From: Octopus vulgaris
Taxonomy: Eukaryota
DNA length: 64,000 nt
Direction: 5' to 3'
Assembly: GCA_951406725.2 (NCBI GenBank)
Contig: OX597815.1
Span: 107,570,001-107,634,000 of the forward strand
The translations under genes were made by a program, and so were the position numbers. Shown one piece after another: positions 53,865-64,000 of this stretch (position 1 is the stretch's first letter; each line of letters opens with the position of its first letter). Below the pieces are notes generated by a model. That model did no database searches, had not been told where the DNA came from, and saw nothing but the letters and a program-made list of their open reading frames with translations.

Positions 53865-55127
53865 CAGGGGTTGGACAAAATAATGGAAACACCTAGCATC
53901 ATAATTTTGAAATATCTATAAAACCATCAAAAGCTTGTTTATTTTTATGTTTTTGATTTATAGTTAGTGTTACTTAATATGTTTTGCTAAAATTGCTGTT
54001 TTTTTCAGATATCATCAGAAAAAAGTAATTAAAATTCATTAAAATGACAAATGTATTGAACTTTCAAATAGGTCAAATTGTTGGTGCTCGTATGGCCGGC
54101 ACTAGCATAACAAAAACAGCTGAAATGTTTGGTATATCAAGAAGTACTGTCTTGAAAGTAATGACAGCCTTTGGGAAAGAGGCAAAAACCTCCTCATTGA
54201 AACAAAACTCTGGAAGAAAACCAAAACTTTCAGATAGAGACCATTGGACTCTTACGCGAATTGTTAGAAAGGATCACAAAAGTACAGCTCCCAAAATTAT
54301 TGCAGAGCTTAATGACCACCTTGAGAACTCAGTTTCCACAAAAACTGTTCGCTGGGAGCTGCACAAAGCCAGATTTCACAGGAGGGCTGCAATCAGAAAA
54401 CGTCTACTTTCAAAAACAAACATTGCAAAGCATTTAGAGTGGAGTAAATACCTACAGAATTGGTCCCTAGAGCAGTGGAAGAATGTTATTTTCTTGGATG
54501 AGTCATCCTTTACCCTATTTCCAACCACCAACCGAGTATACATTTGGAGACAGCCAAAAGAAGCATTTAACCCAGACTGCCTTCTTCCAACAGTTAAACA
54601 TGGAGGAGGATCTGTGATGATCTGAGGAGTTATACCTTGGAAATCCACCACCACAATGGTTTTCCTTCATGGCAAAATTAATAGTCGAGTCTATTTAAGC
54701 ATTTTATCTGATCAAATTCATCCTATGGTTGCGAAACTGTTTCCGGAGGGAAACGCAATTTTTCAGGATGATAATGCACCAATTCACACAACTAAAGTTG
54801 TTACTGAATGGCATGAGGTACATTCTAGTGAAGTTGAACATCTTATCTGGCCACTACAGTCCCCAGACCTCAATATTATTGGACATTTATAGTTCATTTT
54901 AGAAAAACAAGTAAGGAGTTGATATCTTCCACCATCATCAATACAAGAACTGGAGACTATTTTAGCTGAAGAATGGACAAAAATTCCTTTGTAAACAATT
55001 CAAACTTTGTATGAGTCCATACCTCATAGAATTCAAGGTGTAATTATTGCCAAAGGCGGTCCTACCCCATATTAAAATAAATTTGTTTGAAATTTTAAGC
55101 TGTTTCCATTATTTTGTCCAACCCTTG
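53865..55127 (+). mobile_element. Full-length Tc1-like transposon with DD36E spacing (Incomer-like), inactive
   Basis: 27-bp TIRs CAGGGGTTGGACAAAATAATGGAAACA (1 mismatch), TA on both sides, 1263 bp; transposase from 54044 with stop codons; FLDES, FQDDNAP, SPDLNII(G). Confidence 0.95.
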
Positions 55128-55784
55128 TATATATATATAAATTTAAATATATATATATATATATGTAATATATACATATATATACATACACACACGTTTC
55201 AAATTTTGGAACAAAATCAACAATTTCAAGGAAGGGGCTAGTTGATTACATTGACTGGTACTTATTTTATTGACACCAAAGGGATAAAAGGAAAAGTCTA
55301 CCCTGGTGTTATTTTTAAATTTTGAATTAAAAATATATATAAGAAATTAAAGAAGGAAAATGCGCACACTTTATATAGTTTTAATATAATTTTCAACATA
55401 TCTTGTATTGTGTTTATCGACTAGTTGTGCTTTTGCTAATTATGACATTAAAATTTATTTAAATACTTATTTCCTTAAGAAAAAGTTTTTGTCCATGTGT
55501 GTGCAGATCTGGTTCCCACAACACAGACAAATTACTTTAAGTGAACACATAGTGAGATGTGTAGGTAACGTCAAACGAAGTTTCACAATTTTCTCCTTCT
55601 ACCAGTGCAAAGATTCATTTTCTTTACAAGAACTTTTAAATATAGAAAATTTATTCATCGAAAAGTACAGAACATGTATAAATATGCACACATAATCAGC
55701 TTCGATCTCTATACATATTTTAATTCAAGATTACATTCCCATCACTGAACATATTTCTCAACACTACTCTAGTTTTTGAATTTT

Positions 55785-55837
<53 letters not shown>

Positions 55838-55944
55838 TCGGGGTGAGTACTTGATAATTATAAGCACCTGTGTATACCGTTTGGTGGTGTAGGTGGTGGA
55901 GTAAATTGATCAAAATAAAGTAAAAACATGATGCGAAGGATTCA

Positions 55945-56022
55945 GCGGTACATATGTTTCGGGCCTTTATTAGACAGATTTATAACAATGCATAATGTAT
56001 GTCTGTGGCCTTCTTCAGCCGC
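55945..56022 (-). ncRNA. Type-I hammerhead ribozyme of the PLE
   Basis: GCGG-CTGAAGA-AGGCC...GGCCC-GAAA-CATATG-TA-CCGC; predicted cleavage between 55949 and 55948. Confidence 0.88.
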
Positions 56023-57901
56023 GCACAACAGCTTCCACAAGGACATGTGTTACATCAAAAATTCTTGGTTGGGGATGCAAATCCTCTCATTCGCGTACGA
56101 CATAATGCGGCAGCAGCATAGAATTGAAGCGTCCATCTCTTTCTTCTCTCAATGTAGAATGAGGAAAATTGGATGTTGAGGTAATGTAAATAAATAAATA
56201 CATATATAGAGGTGAAGATGGAGGGGCGAGAGTTCGGGACGAGGGATAAAAAATGTATAAAAAGTGTAAGTATAGAATAATATAAAAATAATATAAAAAT
56301 GTAGAGGATAAAGATATAAAGAGTTATAAGGAGATGAAAAGGGGGTATAAAGAAATATAAAGAAATATAAATAAATGTAAAGGCATAAGGTTATAAAGTA
56401 AAAATAGAAATAGAAATAAAAGTAAAAAAACCTGATACAAACATGATAAAAGTGTAAAAGAATGTAAAGATAAGGGATGTATGGAGGTTACGGACCAAGC
56501 ATGGTGGTCAGGAGATTGATAAAATTTAGTTGTAGAATTGTCAGTAAATCAACAGTTTCGTCTGGGGACCTAATGTGTTGTAAATCAGAGCTGATGAGCA
56601 TTTAATCTGGTTCCTTGAATTAAATGGACTTCTAGTACATACATATCATCATGGATACATACACCCACATACACGCGTACATATACGCCTCCAAGCCTAT
56701 AAGCATACACACGCACTCGCGTGTAAACATGTACATAAACACACACGCACCCACACGCACGCTCGTACACATACATACAACAGAATATCCGCATGTATAC
56801 ACGGACACTATACGCGTACACACTCACATGTACATACGCGCGCCTCTCCCTACATACACACACGTATATGCCCACGCCTCTAGGTCTAGGTATAAGATAT
56901 TAAAGGATGTGTATAAGAACGTATGTAAAGAATCCCGTACTCATGTCTATACGTGCACGCACACACGGCTGTGTGTCCGTATGTGCGTGCACATATACAC
57001 TCATATACACACACAGAGACACACGCGCACATGGGTATAGCTATAAGATATCGAAGTATGCATGTACATATATGCGCGTGCATATGTATGTATGCGTATA
57101 CACACGTACGCGGACGCTCGTATAGTCAAAAAGTGGATCCATAGGTAAGTAAATAAACATATATAGAGGTGTAAAGCGATAAGTTAGGGGTAAGAATGAG
57201 GGTAAGGGTAAAGATTAGAAATAAAAAATACAGTATAAAATAAGAAATACAATGTAATAGTTAGAAATGAAATATAAGAATTATAAAAATTATAAGGGAT
57301 GAAAATAAAAATGAGAATAAATGGAAGTAGAATAAAAGTAAAAATAAATGGAAGTAGGATAAAAGTAAAAATAAAAGTAAAAATAAAAATAAAATAAAAT
57401 AAGATAAAAATATAATTTGGTAAAGTTTAACATGAGATGAAGGTGGTTGAAATTTAGAGGTGTGTGTTAAACGTAGGGGCGGGCGGGGGGAACTGGAAAT
57501 TGGAAGGGTGGGAAGTGGAGTTTGGCGGTGTGCGTTCAACATCCGAGTTAGAAATGTGAAAGGGTATAGATATAGGGAATTAAAGAGACTATATAGGGAG
57601 GATATGGGTGTAGGAGAAGAAATATTTAGGGAAAAGAAGTCATATATGGGAGACAAAATTTGTATATATAGGAGGAAAATGCAGGGAACCGTATTTGCAT
57701 ATACACACACCCACACACACACACACACACGCACATGTATATATATATATATATATGTACACATACGTACACGTATGTGCACACACATACACACACACAC
57801 ACACATACACATATACACGCACATATAGGAAAGCGGGATGTGCTGGAGCCGACAGGTTGCACCGGGTGGGAGGAAATTGCATGGGGGAGTTGGTATAAGA
57901 C

Positions 57902-60092
57902 CTAAGCTTTGTAGTATTTGAAAGTATTAATAAGTTTATGTATACAGGATGGTTTGAACTCTGACCTTTTGTTAATAAGATTGTGTTTGTCTTTGAATTT
58001 CAAGATGTTCAGGAGTTCTACACAACATAGTTGGCATCCTGCTCTATTATTTAAATAAGGTGCAGCTGATCCGATGATGGACCATCTAAGTTTGAAGCCT
58101 ATGCATTTGTCTTTTAATTCCCAAATTCTTTTAGAGAGGGAGGTGCTGTTAGCCTTATGTCTGTGTCTCAGCGAGGACCGGTGGTTGTAGTATCTGGATT
58201 TCCAGGAGGTTGAGCAACCAATATAGGTGAGTGTGTTAAACTGAGTACTCACCTCACATGAGTATATTACGTTTTTCGCCCTACATGCGCCCTGCAGCGG
58301 GCACTCTGATGCACATCTGCAGTTGCATTGCATTGCATTATTCGGTCGTGTGCTGCTAATCCCAGGCGGAGGTGTTGCAATACGAGTGGGGGCGTTGGTA
58401 TCCTCCTGGTTGTTGATGGGTGTAGTATTTCCTCTGTTGTGTTGGCGGGTGTTATTACTAACTGTTTGGGTAGTATGGCTGCCAGTCTGGTTATATTGTC
58501 TACTGTCTAGATGAGGGGGGTTCTGTTGGTCGCTATGGTTTGCTCTTGATCTAGCTGTTCTAATATTAATATAGTTATGTTTAGCTATGAGGCAGCTCAT
58601 GTTGGGCAGAGTAGAGTAGGAAATCCTAATAGTTTTGTTGGAGAAGATACTTCTATACTTGTGGGTGGGTGGGAAGTTGTTGGAAATTATAGAGAATATT
58701 CTCTTACATAACTTACCCCTAACTGCTAAGTTGAAAGGTATGTTGAACCATATATATTTGCGTAATCTACTATTATCCCTTCTATTTCTCCTAATAAGAT
58801 CTATATTGCTCTCGTCGGGAGGGTTACTATTGTGTGCTATTCTATTAGTTCGCCTATTTCCTATACGTTGTTTGGAGTTTAAATTAGAATGATCGCTAGT
58901 GTGAGTTGAGTGCTGAGTTCGATTATAATTGGGAGTCTTATGGCCGACGGACGCTCCCGGGTGGTCTACATATGATATTCTCTGGTTATACCCGGCACTA
59001 TAGAGAGCCTGGTTGTAGTGTTGTGCATGATTATTGAAAATTTCTCTATTAGAGGATAGTTTTGTCAGTCTGTCTGAGATGGCTTGGACCGTGGTGCTAA
59101 TTATACAGGGTGGATGGTTGGAAGAGGTATGGATGTATTTGGTAGTTTCTTCGGGTTTCCTATACGGGTGGTGAAGGTGCTTATTCAAATCTAACGTAAC
59201 ATCTAAGAAGTTTACTATTTTAGTATTGGTCATAAATTCTAGTTTAAGATTGAAGGATTTGAAAAAAGCCTGATCTTTTTCCTAATTCTTTCTAGTTTAC
59301 TCCTATTGTTGGTGGGGTATATGAAGAGAGCGTCGTCTCTGTATAGACCCCCCTGAAGATCCTGTACCTCGGAGAAAAGCTTCTTGAGCAGGTAGGCCCC
59401 GACCAAGTCAGTCACCTGAGCTGAATCGCTCGAGCCCATAGCCACATCGAAATTGTCGGGGGTATCGGATCTGGTCCAGAGTCTACCGTCGAATTCTATT
59501 ATGGTTTTTCTAGCTAATAGAATTATGTCAATTTTTTCTCTGTCTATGAGTGAAAGGTTGCGGGCAAAAATAAGGGATTTGTTAAGTAAGATGGGGGATA
59601 TACTGGCGTAGTAGCTAGCTATGTCGAATTGGATGAATGAGTAGTCGGGCCTATTGGTGATAGTGTTAAACCATTCTAGCACATCGTCGGTGTTAATCCA
59701 TAGTTGGAGTGGGATGTGGGGTTTGATGTGTGGGATCACCTTGTCCAGGATAGTCTTGCTAAGTCTGCCGATATCCGATTTAGTCGGACAGATTAATCGT
59801 ACTCCTACATTATCTGGGAAGTCTTTCTTATGGTCTTTAATAGTAATTTTGGGTACTTGTGGTTTAATAGGTTCTGTTCTGTCCAGGAGGTCTAATTTGC
59901 TCATAACTTCCTTGATTTTGTAGTTAATTTCCTTAAGGTTATCCGTAGAAGTAGTTTTGTACTTTTTGCTAAGTTCCCTCATGATGAGCGATTTGTAGGT
60001 TTGGTAGTCTAGCCTATACCAGTTCCCAGTCTTGTCGGCGGGTATGATAAGACTATCATCGTTCCTAAGTGAATGCAGGAAATCTTTAAGGC
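57902..60092 (-). pseudogene. PLE polyprotein (reverse transcriptase + GIY-YIG endonuclease), one frameshift near 59265
   Basis: ADKTGN, KDHK, QFDIASYYASI, AMGSSDSAQ, LYRDD, NFLDVTL, SNHPP, CNCRCASECPLQGAC, VIY..YIG, RYYNH, CQLC..E, NKRSE. Confidence 0.95.
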
Positions 60093-60229
60093 TCCTGTTC
60101 ACAATAATAATGATAACCAATTACCACCCCTTAGATTTTTCTACTTGCTGGATCGTTCATTCATAAACTCCTCACACAACATGGACAAACACATTTTTCT
60201 TAAGAAAATACTATTTAAATAAATTTTAA

Positions 60230-60262
60230 TGTCATGATTAGCGAAAGCGAAACCGGTTGACA
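60230..60262 (+). ncRNA. Minimal hammerhead variant with A3:U8 core
   Basis: TGTC-ATGATTA-GC.GAAA.GC-GAAA-CCGG-TT-GACA. Confidence 0.7.
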
Positions 60263-60379
60263 AACACAATACAAGATATATTAAAAATTATATTAAAACT
60301 ATGTAAAGTGTGTGCATTTTCCTTCTTTAATTTCTTATGTATATTACAACTCACCACGTGGGGATAACCGTTTCTGTTA

Positions 60380-60454
<75 letters not shown>

Positions 60455-60839
60455 GGAATAAATTATTATTCAAACCTTACAGGTAAAATTCAGTATAATA
60501 ATATTAGACCAAATTTCGTAATATATAATATATGTATATGACTAAGTTAGAGACGCACCGTCATTCCATAACCCAGTCAATGAATAACCCGTCCAAAACC
60601 ATGCCGTGAGACATATACCATACAAAATACTATTCTAAAATTTTAATAGTATATAATATTGTACAGTAAGATTATTACAATCATATAATATATAAGAGCA
60701 AATGCTTTAAAAATCACAGCGAATACCATACAAAGAAGCATTCATTATAAAAATATTAATCTAAAATCAAATAAAGTATAAATTGAACAATAAAAATTAA
60801 TACAATAATATAATGTATAAAAGCAAGTACTTGTACATC

Positions 60840-60956
60840 GACTACGCGCGTTTCATGGCTGCATTAATACTATATACAATCATATAAGCAAACCATATCC
60901 AAGTTCATTAGAACGGAAAAATGGTTTTACTCCCATAAGCAGTCACTCCTCAGGTC
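60840..60956 (-). ncRNA. Type-I hammerhead ribozyme with a very large stem II insertion
   Basis: GAC-CTGAGGA-GTGACTGC...GCAGCCAT-GAAA-CGCGCG-TA-GTC. Confidence 0.82.
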
Positions 60957-61460
60957 AAATTCCTAAAAAAAAAACTAAAAACTAAAAGTTTAACTTATCT
61001 CATAATATGATAAGGAATAATATATATATATATATATATAAAGAAATAAAACCTGTAATGTAATACCTAAGTTAAAGACAATATTATTAAAAGTTACGAA
61101 CTAAAATATTCAAATAGAGTATTGTGAACATGATTAAATCATTATGGAGAAGGTAAATGAATGTAAATACGTATTAGTGTATAAAGTTAATAAAAAAAAA
61201 ACGTATATCGATATTGTTTAGAATAAATTTAAAAAACACGACTCATCTGCCGGCGAATTACTGTAGACTAAACCGAAATAAGTGTACTTTAGCATTTATA
61301 CTGAAAAGTCACGTGATAAATATGGCGTCCATTACTCAGATATAAATACATATTATATTTACTATAATAATAACGAAATTATCGAAAAAGGTCTACCTGT
61401 AGTACATTGTTTATTGAAGCTTTAAAATACTTAAAACCTTTAGATCTACGAAAAATAACT

Positions 61461-61718
61461 ATAACACGTACGAAATTTATGTATTACGTAAATAATACTA
61501 TAAAATATTGTAAGAATGCATATATTATCGTTGAATTCTTTATTAGTAAAAGGGTAGTTATTTATTCTAATCATATATAATTAAGTAATTAATTTTATTA
61601 TCCTTATAACACGTACGAAATTTATGTATTACGTAAATAATGCTGTAAAGCATTGTAAGAATGCATATATTATCGTTGAATTCTTTATTAGTAAAAAGGT
61701 AGTTATTTATCCTAATTA
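61461..61718. repeat. 145-bp tandem duplication; the second copy is split by the maT element
   Basis: ATAACACGTACGAAATTTATGTATTACG starts at 61461 and 61606; the second copy resumes at 62981. Confidence 0.9.
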
Positions 61719-62980
61719 CAGGGTGGGGAAGCAAAATTTACAATATTTTGAGGCAGAGATTGAAAGACATTGTAGGACAAATTAATTTATTGAAAGTCAT
61801 GAGAATTATTTGCCACAAGAAAATTTACATAACAGAAAATGTTTTTATTCTATGTGTCCTCCTTCTTTCTCAATAACTGCCTTCACTCGCTTCCTGAAAC
61901 TTGCGCAAGTGTTCCTCAAATATTCTTCTTTAATAGTATCTTTAAGAGAGTTGACATTACTGTGTGATGTTCTATTGGTAGCATGTTCTAAAACGCTGCA
62001 AATAGCATAATCCAGAGGGTTTAGATCTGGGCTAGAAGGCGGCCATAAACATGATTCCAAAAATTGCTAAAGTTGGATTTGCAGAAATCTTGTATTTTTC
62101 TAGCTATGTGTGCTGGAGCACCATCCTGTGTCCATACATAATTACCATCTAGGTAGTTTGCTTTAAGCCATGGCAATACCTGGTATCTCAGAGTCTTGTA
62201 CTAAGTATTAACATGATTTTTTTCATCAGCTTTGTAGAATTTTATACGCACTTTCTATCGGAAGCCACAACACCAAAAGCCATAACTTGAGCAGGATGTT
62301 TTGTTTTGAATGTCCACTTAGCCTCAGCTGTTGATTTTGCAATAGATCTGTCATTTCTGCGGTTCAGAACAGCATCGACATTGAAGATCTTTTCATCTGA
62401 AAAGATCGTTACAATGGAGGACTTTTTCTTGAACCATGTAATAGTTTTCTTGCACCTCTCCAATCTCTTTTCCTTCATAGCTGTTGTCAACAAGTGTTTT
62501 GGTGTTCTCGTGTAAGATTTTAACTTCAAATCATATTTTACAGCATTTCTAATGGCCTTGTTGTCTACCTCAAGTTCAATTGCCATTTTCCTCATGGATT
62601 TGGTTGGATCCTTTAGGATTTTGGATTTGAGAGCTTTAATAAAAGCTTTGGTACGTTTTTGTTGATTCCACCAGTTCCAGACCTCCTCATAATAGTTTTG
62701 CTCATAGTCATTCTATTTTTTACATTATAAACAGTCTTTATGGACACTCCAACTATTCTTGAAATCTCCTTTGGTGTGACGAGTGTATTCAGCAAATCAC
62801 ACACTCTTTGACATTTGCTTTCCTGATTACTTATATGGGCAAAAGTTTCTGAAAAGGTAAGGATAATAGTGCTAGGTATGATTACGACATCAATATATGC
62901 TAGGTTTCAAAACAATTGACTTAGTGCCTACTGAGAAAAAACAACTTAACGTTCATTGTAAATTTTGCTTCCCCACCCTG
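61719..62980 (-). mobile_element. maT (DD37D) transposon with both TIRs, frameshifted transposase
   Basis: Perfect 26-bp TIRs CAGGGTGGGGAAGCAAAATTTACAAT, TA duplication, 1262 bp; IFSDEK, QDGAPAH and WPPSSPDLNPLDY with 37-residue spacing after correcting a 1-nt deletion. Confidence 0.95.
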
Positions 62981-63575
62981 TATATATAATTAAGTAATGT
63001 TTAAAGTGTATTCTAAGCTAATTATATGTATGTAACGCTACTAATCATAACTATAAATTGGTAACTTTTCACGGGTTTAAATAAATCAATACATTATCTA
63101 AACTTACATAAATAATTTAATTTATGCCTACATTTAATATTACGTTCATCTTGTGGGTTAATTAATTTTTTTAATTAGCTAATAATATCTCTTTAAATTC
63201 GTTTGTACATAATAAGCAAAATTTACGCCCTATTCTATACGATTTAGCCTTACAAACTATTTCCCATTTTAAATCGTATTTTATTCGTTTAGATTTATAT
63301 ATTATATGATTGTAATAATCTTATTCTTATATATTATATGATTATAATAATCTTACTGTTCAATATTATATATTATTAAAATTTTAGATTAGTATTGTGT
63401 ATGGTATATGTCTCACAGCATAGTTTTGAACGGATTATTCATTGACTGAGTTGTGGAATGGTGGTTCGTCTCTAAATTAGTTATATATGTGTGTTTATGT
63501 GTGTGTATGTGTGTATATATATATTTATAGATATATATATTCATATACATATATATATGTATGTATATGATATCT

Positions 63576-63770
<195 letters not shown>

Positions 63771-63828
63771 TATGTTCATATTTACACATAATATATATAT
63801 AGATATGTATATCTGCGTGTGTGTGTGT

Positions 63829-63860
<32 letters not shown>

Positions 63861-64000
63861 AGTGAGATTCATATATGAGTGAATGTGTGTATAAGAAGAC
63901 ATAAAAATAGCTAATAATTTTTTGAGACTAAATAGATTTGGTATTCTTTTAAATTCTATTTTGTTTCTCTTTTCTTTATGGATGTGAGAGAATTACAATA

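Larger units (their letters stand above)
55833..60092 (-). mobile_element. Penelope-like retroelement, Naiad-type, 5'-truncated, with a long 3' region containing a hammerhead
   Basis: RT + GIY-YIG ORF, ~2-kb downstream region, intact sense-strand HHR, ends at (TA)n. Confidence 0.9.
55332..60381 (+). mobile_element. Fold-back HHR element A (arms 55332-55503 and 60173-60345, tail to 60381), interrupted by the Naiad PLE
   Basis: ~172-bp imperfect inverted repeats, each holding a hammerhead-like motif; followed by (TA)n. Confidence 0.8.
60446..63490 (-). mobile_element. Fold-back HHR element B (tail 60446-60530, arms 60531-60696 and 63325-63490), non-coding, interrupted by maT
   Basis: ~165-bp imperfect inverted repeats, internal intact HHR, bounded by TA/TG microsatellites. 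Confidence 0.8.

Noticed and set aside
57902-58340. Selenocysteine recoding, as reported for some Naiad elements
   Set aside because: The conserved Cys positions use TGC/TGT, the ORF has no in-frame TGA, and no SECIS-like hairpin was seen by eye downstream; SECISearch would settle it

Overview
AT-rich, microsatellite-dense animal DNA; the SINE/LINE repertoire looks like that of Octopus (inference from repeat recognition only). No host exon could be identified, and nearly all short ORFs are translated microsatellites. Recognisable elements: a near-full CR1/L2-type LINE (8.8-11.9 kb), an RTE LINE (18.0-20.2 kb), many 3' ends of a second RTE family with a PHD finger inside its RT, RLE-type LINE relics, four Tc1/mariner elements (DD34D, two maT-like, one DD36E), many tRNA-derived SINEs, and a Penelope-like element (PLE) of the Naiad type (55.8-60.1 kb, minus). 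The most striking hidden signal is about a dozen minimal type-I hammerhead ribozyme (HHR) motifs from several sequence families. Most lie in ORF-less, often fold-back elements next to (TA)n/(CA)n tracts. They include a near-perfect 348-bp palindrome with an intact HHR on each strand and a variant in which the C3:G8 tertiary pair has covaried to A3:U8. Ribozyme activity is inferred from motif structure only.
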